Shown here: positions 52,803 to 61,794 of the stretch, piece by piece | Position numbering within the stretch: the stretch's first letter is position 1 | Layout of the letters: each line of letters opens with the position of its first letter | IMG/VR virus record: IMGVR_UViG_3300045988_108221 | Coordinates: 4,654-68,653 of that record | Length of the DNA stretch: 64,000 nucleotides | Origin: a virus | Direction: 5' to 3' (one strand) | Notes under the pieces: generated by a model | Seen by the model: the letters and a program-made list of their open reading frames with translations, nothing else | What the model was told of the DNA's origin: nothing | Databases searched by the model: none | Made by a program: the position numbers and the translations under genes

Positions 52803-53065
52803 TAGTCCTCCGATAACGTAATCACGGTATTGGATTTCTTATGGTATTCATCAACATAATACTCATTGGTATTACCATTAAATGTTACTTCCCAGTATGT
52901 ATGGTCGTAATCATCATGTGTTGACATAACCAATGCTTTGTGGTTTTTCAATGTTTTTGAGAACCATACAATATTTAAGGACTCGAATACTTCATCGATT
53001 TTATTGTCTTCGACATACATAGTATACCATACGGCTTCAATACAATTATCAATAAATTTGCCCAT
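52802..53065 (-). CDS. hypothetical protein
   Basis: Start moved to ATG 53065 (MGKFIDNCIEAVWY..) behind CAGGAGG; 87 aa. Confidence 0.5.
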   Translation of the reverse strand: MGKFIDNCIEAVWYTMYVEDNKIDEVFESLNIVWFSKTLKNHKALVMSTHDDYDHTYWEVTFNGNTNEYYVDEYHKKSNTVITLSED

Positions 53066-53162
53066 GTAACCTCCTGTGGTGTTCAATAATGTTCTTCCCA
53101 AGTTCGTAAACAATCGGTATAGACACGGAATTACCAGCTTGTTTATATAACTGTGCGTTCGA

Positions 53163-53951
53163 TTATATCTTCGCACAGGTTTCAAATTGTTCATCAGTAA
53201 ACCCCTGTAATCGCCAAAACTCCCTTGGGGTCAACTTGCGTATTACATTAGGATTTTTCGACAATAAAATCTTTGGTTCAATACCACCACCCTTGACACA
53301 CGTCAAAGTCGGTGATAAGCCATGTGGTGAATATATACGACCTCGTTGTGGATTGCCACCAAAAGATGTTGTCTTGATTATATTTCCGACTTGAATAATA
53401 GATTGTTCGCTTTGGTCTGGTCGGTATAATACTTCGGATGGACATTCGTTTCCAAGGTGTCCGATAACGAACAACCTTTCACGGTTTTGCGGAAGTCCAA
53501 AGTCTTTTGTGTTGTACACACGCCATGCGATACTGTACCCTGCTTTGTCCATTTCAGACAAAACGCCGTAAAATCCCCATCCGTTATCAATTGACAAGAG
53601 GTTTTTAACATTCTCAATAAGCAACCATTTGGGTTTATGTTTTGTTTCATTCAATAACCTCGTGACTTCGTAAAATAAACCGCTTCGTGTGTTTCCCATG
53701 CCGTCTTTCAGTCCAGCAATGGAAACATCTTGACATGGGAAACCGAAGCACCATAAGTCTGCATACGGCATCTCTGTACCGTTTAATGCACGAACATCTG
53801 GTGAAAACCAAAGATTATCCGTTGGGTATAACGCACGGTATGATTCTTGTGCGTATTTATCTTGTTCGCACCAACCAACGCACTTCATGCCAGCCTTGGT
53901 TAAGCCATAATGAAAACCGCCAATGCCAGCGAATAAATCAATGAATTTCAT
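53163..53951 (-). CDS. dcm: DNA (cytosine-5) methyltransferase
   Basis: Motif I FIDLFAGIGGF, motif IV GFPCQDVS, motif VI LLIENVKNLL, QNRERLF. Confidence 0.9.
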   Translation of the reverse strand: MKFIDLFAGIGGFHYGLTKAGMKCVGWCEQDKYAQESYRALYPTDNLWFSPDVRALNGTEMPYADLWCFGFPCQDVSIAGLKDGMGNTRSGLFYEVTRLLNETKHKPKWLLIENVKNLLSIDNGWGFYGVLSEMDKAGYSIAWRVYNTKDFGLPQNRERLFVIGHLGNECPSEVLYRPDQSEQSIIQVGNIIKTTSFGGNPQRGRIYSPHGLSPTLTCVKGGGIEPKILLSKNPNVIRKLTPREFWRLQGFTDEQFETCAKI

Positions 53952-53965
53952 GTAGACCTCCTGTG

Positions 53966-54313
53966 TTATATTTTTACCGTGTATAACTTTGGTCGTATCT
54001 CATAACCAATACCACCGTCTGCATCTCGAATAAACCGAACGTCTACCAAGTGAGAAATGGCACTCATGGGTAGATTACGCAATTCTTCTTCGGTATCTCT
54101 AGCAGCAAGATGCCAAAGTATTACCGTTTCCAAACTGGTTAAAATATTTTTACAAAACGCATTTGTAACCCATTGTATCATATCTAAGCGTGGTTCGTCA
54201 ACGTATCTTTTTGACTTAATGTTTTGGTCTACAGATGGCATCACATAATTTGTCTTCAACACGGTCAATATCTTTTGTTCTAATGTCATTGAATCATCCT
54301 TAGTGTCTAACAT
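53966..54313 (-). CDS. hypothetical protein
   Basis: 115-aa ORF. Confidence 0.5.
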   Translation of the reverse strand: MLDTKDDSMTLEQKILTVLKTNYVMPSVDQNIKSKRYVDEPRLDMIQWVTNAFCKNILTSLETVILWHLAARDTEEELRNLPMSAISHLVDVRFIRDADGGIGYEIRPKLYTVKI

Positions 54314-54774
54314 GAGATATCTTCTATTTGATAGAATGTATCATGTAAAATAAGTCTGCCATCTGCTTGCATCTCATAATGACCTAGTTTGAAATAAGCA
54401 TTATCATATGTACGACTAAAGCCACCAAGTTGTTCATAACGATTATTTAACGCACAGAACTTTAAAAACATTTCTTGTTGTCCTGTGGTAAACTTACGAA
54501 GAACTTCTGGATACTTCTCAGGCTCATCTAAGAAATCATAAAAGTCTACGCTATTGAAGCCGATGGTTTCATGAAAGACTTCATCTAAATGCTGTTCATC
54601 ATATTGCCCTAAAGCCATAGAGATAATATCGTATTCTTCATTATCTGCTTTTTCTTTAAGAATCAACTCAGACCACTTATGTTTGGCTGCACTTAGATGA
54701 AAAAACATATATTCAGGACTTTCGATATAATCTTCGTATTCTCCTGAGCATAACGCCAAAATGTAAACATCCAT
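54307..54774 (-). CDS. hypothetical acidic protein
   Basis: 155-aa ORF. Confidence 0.5.
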   Translation of the reverse strand: MDVYILALCSGEYEDYIESPEYMFFHLSAAKHKWSELILKEKADNEEYDIISMALGQYDEQHLDEVFHETIGFNSVDFYDFLDEPEKYPEVLRKFTTGQQEMFLKFCALNNRYEQLGGFSRTYDNAYFKLGHYEMQADGRLILHDTFYQIEDISC

Positions 54775-54788
54775 TATTAAACCACCTC

Positions 54789-55337
54789 CTAATCGTTATG
54801 TTGTTTACCTGTGTACCATTCTTGATGTTCGCTATTGTCGTTTTCAATATGGATTACGATGTCGTTATTAAACAGATATGTCAACAAACCTTCTTTGGTT
54901 TGAAACATATTTTTGTCCACGACATTCCAAGATTGATGGTCAACATATGCATCGACCTTACTAGAGTCACCGTATTCTTCTGGTAGATTGACAACAATAT
55001 CTAATTCGTTTAACCATTGGATTACTTGTTTGAAAAATGGGTCTTCTTTAATAACACCCCAAGTTTTATACTGGTAGACGGACGACATAAGGTAACTTAG
55101 CTTTTCTGCTGGAGAAGATAACACATCAAATCCCCAACCGTATTCATCAAAGTACAAAGGCATATACGAATACATTTCATATTCCTTTGGCTTCTTTGTT
55201 AGATGCAATTCTTTTGTGGCGAAACACAAGTCGTCTTTTGGTTTGTAATTGTAATCACGCAAGACCGTGTTTTTGTATGCCAACGAATGTGCAGAACTAG
55301 AGTTTGTTTCAAAAACTCCGTTGCGTATTAATTTCAT
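54789..55337 (-). CDS. FETNSSS.HS-motif protein, paralog 1
   Basis: Start moved to ATG 55337 behind TAGGAGG: MKLIRNGVFETNSSSAHSLAY.. Shares N-terminal, central (DPFF.QVIQWL) and C-terminal (MFQTKE.L..YLFNNDIVI) blocks with 55643..56137. Confidence 0.6.
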   Translation of the reverse strand: MKLIRNGVFETNSSSAHSLAYKNTVLRDYNYKPKDDLCFATKELHLTKKPKEYEMYSYMPLYFDEYGWGFDVLSSPAEKLSYLMSSVYQYKTWGVIKEDPFFKQVIQWLNELDIVVNLPEEYGDSSKVDAYVDHQSWNVVDKNMFQTKEGLLTYLFNNDIVIHIENDNSEHQEWYTGKQHND

Positions 55338-55347
55338 TTGTTTCCTC

Positions 55348-55629
55348 CTATTTGGCAACCCAATAATCAACAGTTTTCACCTTATGCTCGACTTCGATAA
55401 AACGAATAAGATGTCTTTTCTTGTTATTGTATTCTTCGTAACATTCTAACATATAATAACGACCATTAGACCCCATGTATATATCTTGAACCTTAGCATA
55501 AAGACTATCGAAGTATAACACAATATGTTTAACTCGGTCTAAACATGACGGCATCATGTCAACATCACAACGAATACCAACTTGGGATTCCAATAGACAT
55601 TCCAATGAATGTTGGTCTTGTGAATCCAT
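55348..55629 (-). CDS. hypothetical protein
   Basis: 93-aa ORF between the two paralogs. Confidence 0.5.
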   Translation of the reverse strand: MDSQDQHSLECLLESQVGIRCDVDMMPSCLDRVKHIVLYFDSLYAKVQDIYMGSNGRYYMLECYEEYNNKKRHLIRFIEVEHKVKTVDYWVAK

Positions 55630-55642
55630 TAGTACTCCTCCC

Positions 55643-56137
55643 TTAGTACTCTGCCATTACCTCATATTGGCGAACATCAATCACGATATTATTATCAAAC
55701 AAATATTTGTATAAATCTTCTTTGGTTTTAAACATTTCTTGCTTAACAACACCATTGGTAGGAACTGATTCAACAATGTCGTCTACATCGTACCCAATTT
55801 CTTCTAAATAGATTCCGATGTCAGATAACCATTGTTTTATCTGTAGATAAAATGGGTCACCAAACACTTCGTCAACCAAAGATTCGCTATAGATTTCCAT
55901 TAGTAAAAACCATAGTTTATCTTGTGGTGTTGACAATGTTTGTTCTTTCCATACATAATCCGTAAAGTGGACTTCCCAAGACTGGTCGTTAAACATCGGA
56001 GTAAAACCAAGAACCCCAAACTGTTGTGTAATTGTTTGTGTTTGTGGCGGTTTAGCCAATTGTAATCTTGCGACATATGCCATAGAATGACAAGAAGAAC
56101 TGTTGGTTTCAAATACGCCTACTCGCTTAAGAATCAT
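55643..56137 (-). CDS. FETNSSS.HS-motif protein, paralog 2
   Basis: Start moved to ATG 56137 behind CAGGAGG: MILKRVGVFETNSSSCHSMAY.. ..DPFYLQIKQWL.. ..MFKTKEDLYKYLFDNNIVI. Confidence 0.6.
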   Translation of the reverse strand: MILKRVGVFETNSSSCHSMAYVARLQLAKPPQTQTITQQFGVLGFTPMFNDQSWEVHFTDYVWKEQTLSTPQDKLWFLLMEIYSESLVDEVFGDPFYLQIKQWLSDIGIYLEEIGYDVDDIVESVPTNGVVKQEMFKTKEDLYKYLFDNNIVIDVRQYEVMAEY

Positions 56138-57041
56138 GCGACACCTCCTGTGATTCGCAAAAATGAAAATACGAACGTAAATCAGTTTCATCAAAACGTT
56201 TGATGTTATTCCGTGTTCGGCTGGATGGAGCAAAATATTGTTCCACCGCATTGATATACATGGAATGTTCGCCTTGGTAAAACGATTTGTATTCCTCATC
56301 TGTTATCTTACCACGGATTTCCAATTGTTGCAACCCCAAGTTATCAAAAGATACAATGTCAAAAATTTCTGTGAGTTGCATTATATTGGATTTCCATTGT
56401 TTGTGTTCTGGTGTGTTTAAATCAACTTTACCACGGTTAAACCCAAAGTCTTTTTCACCCAAGATTAGTAACTTACGGTACTTCACAGATAGCTCTTTTA
56501 CATCGTCAAAATCATCAATACCATTAATCACATGGATAACAGTATGTGGATATTCTGCAATCCAATCTGGTAGCGATAAACAACCCTGTAACGAACGATA
56601 CGAGATACCAAGACCATATACATATGGCATCATCTCTTTAAGCCGTGTGTCGCCATATTGCAAAATATAACGCTCGTTCATTGTAATGTTGACAACCAAA
56701 CCAAGTTTCCATAAATTCTTGACGAACTGCATTAAGTCGTCTGTAATTTGATTGACACCTAGGGCAATTTCTGTCCCACGTGGTAATTTTGCGTCCATCA
56801 ATACCTGTTGCAGAATACCATAATGACATTCTACTCCGCTAACCAATGCAGATTCGTGACAAAATGCACAAGTAGATTTCTGCGTTTCCACGTTATAACC
56901 ATATGGACATTGTGTAGAAACACGAATATCAATATTGAGTGGTGTCTGTAGTGTTAGCGGTTCGTTGTCTGGGTATTCAATAATGCGTGTGCCATCTCGT
57001 AAGTCAAGCCACACGCTTGCGTTTCCGTTTGTATACTTCAT
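56127..57041 (-). CDS. Cys-motif enzyme-like protein (possible non-canonical radical-SAM/Fe-S)
   Basis: 304 aa with STQCPYGYNVETQKSTCAFCHES (C-x12-C-x2-C with an aromatic residue between the last two Cys). Function not recognised. Confidence 0.3.
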   Translation of the reverse strand: MKYTNGNASVWLDLRDGTRIIEYPDNEPLTLQTPLNIDIRVSTQCPYGYNVETQKSTCAFCHESALVSGVECHYGILQQVLMDAKLPRGTEIALGVNQITDDLMQFVKNLWKLGLVVNITMNERYILQYGDTRLKEMMPYVYGLGISYRSLQGCLSLPDWIAEYPHTVIHVINGIDDFDDVKELSVKYRKLLILGEKDFGFNRGKVDLNTPEHKQWKSNIMQLTEIFDIVSFDNLGLQQLEIRGKITDEEYKSFYQGEHSMYINAVEQYFAPSSRTRNNIKRFDETDLRSYFHFCESQEVSHDS

Positions 57042-57060
57042 GATTTCCTCCTGTAATAAA

Positions 57061-57315
57061 TCAACCGATGTACTTATCGTTAATCTCTAATAAGCTGTGT
57101 GGTGTAACATCAAAGTCATAACCTTTGTATTTAACCAACACCATGGCAACCAACGCAGTCACCATTCGGCATACACTCAGGATGCCAAAGATGCCAATCG
57201 TTAATGCAATTAGCGTTGGTTGTTGCATATTTAACACCAATAGTAAAATCACATATAGTGTCCAATACAGAACACGAAAGGTAAATACTGGGTGTTGTTC
57301 AATTAGTTTTTTCAT
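57061..57315 (-). CDS. small membrane protein (2-3 TM)
   Basis: FRVLYWTLYVILLLVLN.., LIALTIGIFGILSVCRMVTALVAMVLV. Confidence 0.5.
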   Translation of the reverse strand: MKKLIEQHPVFTFRVLYWTLYVILLLVLNMQQPTLIALTIGIFGILSVCRMVTALVAMVLVKYKGYDFDVTPHSLLEINDKYIG

Positions 57316-58040
57316 TTGTTTCTCTCCTGTTGTTTAATGTAGTCACCCCATTGTTTAGCCATTGCATCTGCCATACCCTTGAAAGTCTTAGAGCGTAAAC
57401 GTCTGCGTTCTTCGGCAGTCTTTGTTTCGGTTAATGCATCTGAAATCCACTTTTGCATCCGTTTGCCGCTTTTAAAAGTAAGTGTCTCACCCTCGTCTAC
57501 GACATTCGTAGGTTCTAATAATGGCAACCCTTTCAGCCATAAACATGTTGTTTTTCGTGCTTGGTCTCCAAACATAAATGGTTGAACGATTTGGTCTGGC
57601 TTGCGGTATCTCGTTGACATAACACCAACAGGGTTTTCTACCGCAATATAGTCAATGTTTGCATCCATAAGAGCCATAAAGAAGTTTGCACCATCTTCTT
57701 GGTCTTTCTTACGATTTGGAAACTTTGGATGTGGTCTGCGTTGTTCAATCGGTAGATGTTTGTCCTCAGGATGATAATACCATTTTGCACCACTAGATGT
57801 CAAGTATGTACATGGTGGATGTGCAATCATTAAATCCCATTTGTCAACCATAACTCGTGTACCATCTTGTGTTATACCACCGTTATTCCTAATGACTTCT
57901 AGTGCATCACCCATAATGTGCCACTCAGGATATCCACCAGAGCACTCCACCAAGTCACAACTGTAGGCGTTAAACCCAAGTTCCCTAAAAGCCTTACAAA
58001 CGGTTTGAGACTCCTCGCATGCAATTAATACGTTAATCAA
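57312..58040 (-). CDS. C5-methyltransferase-like protein (short phage type)
   Basis: TTG start 7 nt after GGAGG. N-terminus MINVLIACEESQTVCKAFRELGFNAYSCDL and IAHPPCTYLT (Pro-Cys catalytic context), as in short phage proteins annotated as DNA cytosine methyltransferase. Confidence 0.5.
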   Translation of the reverse strand: MINVLIACEESQTVCKAFRELGFNAYSCDLVECSGGYPEWHIMGDALEVIRNNGGITQDGTRVMVDKWDLMIAHPPCTYLTSSGAKWYYHPEDKHLPIEQRRPHPKFPNRKKDQEDGANFFMALMDANIDYIAVENPVGVMSTRYRKPDQIVQPFMFGDQARKTTCLWLKGLPLLEPTNVVDEGETLTFKSGKRMQKWISDALTETKTAEERRRLRSKTFKGMADAMAKQWGDYIKQQERNK

Positions 58041-58207
58041 AATTCAACCTCCTGTACCCATTCTCCCAAGTAATCAAAAACTGTTCCATTCAGCACATCT
58101 AAAGAAAAGTACTTCTTACCGTCTTTCACAATGGCTTTATCTTCGCAATAAGCGGTTATATCGTTTGAACCGAATAAATCTTCATAAGATACGACTTTTA
58201 TTTTCAT
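58037..58207 (-). CDS. small hypothetical protein (56 aa)
   Basis: CAGGAGG SD, then MKIKVVSYEDLFGSNDITAYCEDKAIVKDGKKYFSLDVLNGTVFDYLGEWVQEVEF. Below the ORF-track cutoff. Confidence 0.45.
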   Translation of the reverse strand: MKIKVVSYEDLFGSNDITAYCEDKAIVKDGKKYFSLDVLNGTVFDYLGEWVQEVEF

Positions 58208-59124
58208 TCTTCAACCTCCTGTTTGGGATATTTAACAACACGCACGTTTAATTCTGGTGCGTACTTATTGATGTCTTCTCGTGTCTTTAACAATGCCTTA
58301 CGCCCTGTTGCATCACACTCTGGATTGTCAACAGCCAATGCAAAGGTAATATCGCCATTATATCTCTTTTGTAACTCCCATAGTAAACCAATTTGGTCTT
58401 TTGTCAAACGACCACCAAGATAACCAACGCATGGTACGCCTTGTTGATGTGCTGACATAACATCGAGATAACCCTCGGCAACATGCAGTATACCATTTGG
58501 TTTTAACATTTTGATGGCACGATGGTAATTAAACAGCAGTTGTCGTTTAATGAATACATCGTCTTCTCTTGTGTTCTTGTACTTTGGTTCGTTGGTTTCT
58601 TCGAGCCGTCTTTTGGAAAACCCAACTATACGACCATAGGCATCTTGAATTGGGATAACAATACCAGATGATTGCACTCCTAAGAAACCACCAGCATCAT
58701 AACCAATTAGAAATTCTTCCAAAGTCTCATTATTGATGCCACGCTTAATATTCATATATTCACGAACGGCATCAACGGCTTTATGATACTTCATGGCAAC
58801 CTTGGTGTTTTGTCCTACGATGCTTTTCTGCTTTTGGTACGTTGGGTCGTCTGTTGATACCTCGTACTTTTCTGCCAAGGCTTCTACCGCTTGATAGAAC
58901 GGAAGACCCTCTACTTCGGCATAGAAACCGATGGCATCGCCAGATGAACCACATCGGTGACAATAATATCTGTCGCCCAAGATGCAAAACTCTGTTGGGT
59001 TATCACCATGACAAATCGGACAGGTTCCTCGTGGTACTTTGCCACCGTTTCGTGATAACGTGGTGTATTCTTCCACAAGTTCTTGTATGTCGATTTTATA
59101 CTTAAGTGTTGAGATTGTGTTCAT
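58204..59124 (-). CDS. dnaG: DNA primase (DnaG-type)
   Basis: CHC2 zinc finger CPICHGDNPTEFCILGDRYYCHRCGSSGD. TOPRIM AEGYLDVMSAH and DNPECDATG. Confidence 0.85.
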   Translation of the reverse strand: MNTISTLKYKIDIQELVEEYTTLSRNGGKVPRGTCPICHGDNPTEFCILGDRYYCHRCGSSGDAIGFYAEVEGLPFYQAVEALAEKYEVSTDDPTYQKQKSIVGQNTKVAMKYHKAVDAVREYMNIKRGINNETLEEFLIGYDAGGFLGVQSSGIVIPIQDAYGRIVGFSKRRLEETNEPKYKNTREDDVFIKRQLLFNYHRAIKMLKPNGILHVAEGYLDVMSAHQQGVPCVGYLGGRLTKDQIGLLWELQKRYNGDITFALAVDNPECDATGRKALLKTREDINKYAPELNVRVVKYPKQEVEE

Positions 59125-59734
59125 ACCAATTATATTCCTCCTGTAGTTTTTTAATTAATGTATTCATCTCATAATCTATTGTATCATCAAAACAACACTT
59201 TAGCAAGTACAATGTGTTTACTAGCTCTCTAACAGGAACTGGCTTGTTGTCTCTGACTTCTATAAGCGGTAGATATTCACTAATTGGTTCAACGTGTGTA
59301 ATGAATTTAGGCTCAATAGTACAGTTGCGAACCACTCTTTCACGGTCAACCAAATACAGTTCTTCAAACGGACTGTATGGGTTTTCTATGGTTTCCATAA
59401 CGCTCAATAATTGTTTGTACGATGTTTCAATACTATTAGTAATTTCCTTAGCGTTGTCAAATGAACCTTTAATTGTTGCTCTGCGTTTGTTTATGAATTG
59501 CGACACAGGCATTTGTTTATGTGTCATGGCAGATTTTTCACTAAGATAGCAAAAGTCTTTATGTCTAAGGGATGTCAAGTATTCTCCATTAGATAGAATC
59601 AATAAACCGTCATTTGTTGGTTGTATTGTTTGATACCCATGTTCGTAAATCAACTCCATCAACTTTATTAAATTCTTGCGTATATCTAAGGAATACAATA
59701 AATGAAAGTATCTCAAGTTATCTTCAATCTTCAT
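59102..59734 (-). CDS. hypothetical protein
   Basis: 210-aa ORF in the replication module. Confidence 0.5.
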   Translation of the reverse strand: MKIEDNLRYFHLLYSLDIRKNLIKLMELIYEHGYQTIQPTNDGLLILSNGEYLTSLRHKDFCYLSEKSAMTHKQMPVSQFINKRRATIKGSFDNAKEITNSIETSYKQLLSVMETIENPYSPFEELYLVDRERVVRNCTIEPKFITHVEPISEYLPLIEVRDNKPVPVRELVNTLYLLKCCFDDTIDYEMNTLIKKLQEEYNWYEHNLNT

Positions 59735-59735
59735 G

Positions 59736-60170
59736 TTACCCCCAATAGTTTAAATCTGACATTTCCCATATCTCAAGCTCTGTCTCTGGATATGGCTTAC
59801 GGATAATAAAGATAAACGTTTCGTTCTTACCATAGTCAAAAATGAACAAGTATGAACGCTTGTCTCTTTGATATGAGCCAAAACCAATATGTTCAACATT
59901 CCAATTTCTTGCAAAAGGTTTTTGTTCTTCTTCAAATACAACCCTGAGTGCATTACCAACTAACTGATAGTCAAAAGGCTTATGAGTATCTGCAATAGAC
60001 TCAAGTTTAAGAAACACTTCTTCTTTATCAGTAGTTTTTACTTTTGCCAGATATTTATGGCTGTTAAGTCGTGACATAAATGTATTTAGGTTGACATCTT
60101 CGATTTTTCTCTTAGGTGTTGGTTTCTTTTTATTGACAACCAAGAAACCTAGTTGGTTAACCCTACGCAT
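59736..60170 (-). CDS. hypothetical protein
   Basis: 144-aa ORF; start uncertain (weak SD). Confidence 0.45.
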   Translation of the reverse strand: MRRVNQLGFLVVNKKKPTPKRKIEDVNLNTFMSRLNSHKYLAKVKTTDKEEVFLKLESIADTHKPFDYQLVGNALRVVFEEEQKPFARNWNVEHIGFGSYQRDKRSYLFIFDYGKNETFIFIIRKPYPETELEIWEMSDLNYWG

Positions 60171-60501
60171 TGTCGTCTAGCCATTTATTAATGTCAAACT
60201 GTTTGCGTTCTCTGACAGTTTTATTTGTATTGGCTTTTGCGAACTGTACTGCATTTAACTCGTTTGCTTTAATGAACAGGTCGGTTAAAGACATTTCTTT
60301 GTATTCCAACGAGTTCATGTATTTATGCAATTTCAACATAGAGTTTTCGTCAATCTGCATAAAGAATGAGCGAACTTTAAAGAACTCAGATGTTGGTTTG
60401 TTATTCTTGAACGCACCATTTTTGGTACACTTCTTAAAGTATTGCATGGCAAGTGTCCATGCTTTTTTCTTTGGTTCTTGTTGTTCAAAGTCTGTTGCCA
60501 T
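60163..60501 (-). CDS. hypothetical protein
   Basis: Start moved to ATG 60501 (MATDFEQQEPKKKAW..) behind CAGGAGG; 112 aa. Confidence 0.5.
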   Translation of the reverse strand: MATDFEQQEPKKKAWTLAMQYFKKCTKNGAFKNNKPTSEFFKVRSFFMQIDENSMLKLHKYMNSLEYKEMSLTDLFIKANELNAVQFAKANTNKTVRERKQFDINKWLDDNA

Positions 60502-60655
60502 GTTTTGTTCCTCCTGTCGGTCTAATAGTTTGTTTCTGACTTGTTGTACCATCATTATATCACACCTGTATTACCAAGTCAAGAAAGTTTTGTCTGACTA
60601 AGAAAAATACAATCGGCTTGCCGATTATTGCGAAGCAATTCATATGGTTTGTCGT

Positions 60656-60696
60656 ATAACTTATGTATTCGAACGTAGTGAGAATACATAAGTTAT
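60656..60696. repeat. 15-bp perfect inverted repeat (hairpin) built on the ACTTATGTATTC box
   Basis: ATAACTTATGTATTC (60656-60670), 11-nt loop, GAATACATAAGTTAT (60682-60696). Confidence 0.7.
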
Positions 60697-61012
60697 CAAA
60701 CAAGTATTCCACTACTGTATGAATACCTTAAGTAGAAAAACAGAGAGTGAAAACATATGTATAGGGAACTTGTGTATTAAGACCATTGTTTTAAATCAAA
60801 GGTATGAATAACCAATGTATTCATACCAATGTTTTAATCCAAAAGTATTCAAACACAAGTATACTTATGTATTAATTCTAAGGTATATTCTTATGTATTA
60901 ATACTAAGGTTTGATAGGGTATCACAAAAGTTTAAATTTGTCAAGGATAAATCTCACACTTTTACATAAAATTTTAGACAAAAATACAACATTGTTTGAA
61001 CGCCAAAATACC

Positions 61013-61050
61013 CAAGCCGTATTTGACTTGGGTTGATTTTGGTTCTCAAT
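61013..61050 (-). terminator. terminator-like hairpin after ssb
   Basis: ACCCAAG / CTTGGGT stem (61020-61026 / 61037-61043), followed on the minus strand by ATTTTGG. Confidence 0.5.
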
Positions 61051-61062
61051 ATTTGGTTTTAA

Positions 61063-61662
61063 TTAAAATGGAATGTCTTCAGAGTTATCAAATGTTTCTG
61101 CCATTGGAGAGCCACCAAAGGACTGAACACTATCGGATGCAGAACCACCGAACGCACCACCAGAGCCACCTGTGATTAAGTCGATAACTTGAATACCTTT
61201 GAGTTTTAAAGACACACCGTACATAGATGGTGTTTCATATGGTTTAGCACCAAGCCACAATGCAACTTTAGAGCCTTTCCAAATTTGTGTTTTAGTGTCC
61301 ATTGGTTTTTTGTTACCATCGACTAATTGGATGATGTTTTCATGAACATTACCGTTTTTGTCTGTAAACTCAGTCTTGGTAGTTGCCTTGAGTTGCCATC
61401 CGTACTCCTTAGATTTAGTTAATGGGAACTTAGGACGGTCAACTTCTTTTTCTTCATCAACTCTAGCATCGTGAGTGTCGGAGTTTTCCCAAATGTCCAT
61501 CAACTGTTTTTGTAATGCTTTGGCATCTGACTCTTCAAGTTTAATGGTAATAGTATATTTATTTTGACCCATGTAATCGTCAACGACACCATTAATCTTG
61601 CAGAACACAGACTCACCAACTGGAGTCATTACATCAATGATTTTTTCGACTGTTTTTGCCAT
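61063..61662 (-). CDS. ssb: single-stranded DNA-binding protein
   Basis: Start moved to ATG 61662 (MAKTVEKIIDV..). Gly-rich tail GGSGGAFGGSASD.. ends in the acidic tip FDNSEDIPF. Confidence 0.7.
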   Translation of the reverse strand: MAKTVEKIIDVMTPVGESVFCKINGVVDDYMGQNKYTITIKLEESDAKALQKQLMDIWENSDTHDARVDEEKEVDRPKFPLTKSKEYGWQLKATTKTEFTDKNGNVHENIIQLVDGNKKPMDTKTQIWKGSKVALWLGAKPYETPSMYGVSLKLKGIQVIDLITGGSGGAFGGSASDSVQSFGGSPMAETFDNSEDIPF

Positions 61663-61713
61663 ATGCTTTTGTCCTCTTTTGTAAAAAAAACTTTGCGGTA
61701 TAACTTTCCGCAC

Positions 61714-61742
61714 TTGTATTGTCGCACAATGTGTGGTATACT
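61714..61742 (+). promoter_or_regulatory. promoter for dnaE (extended -10)
   Basis: TTGTAT (61714-61719), 17-nt spacer ending TGG, TATACT (61737-61742). Confidence 0.55.
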
Positions 61743-61794
61743 GTCAATAGGGTAAATGAAAATTTTTACAATAGCAATTGTAACAGGAGGCAAT

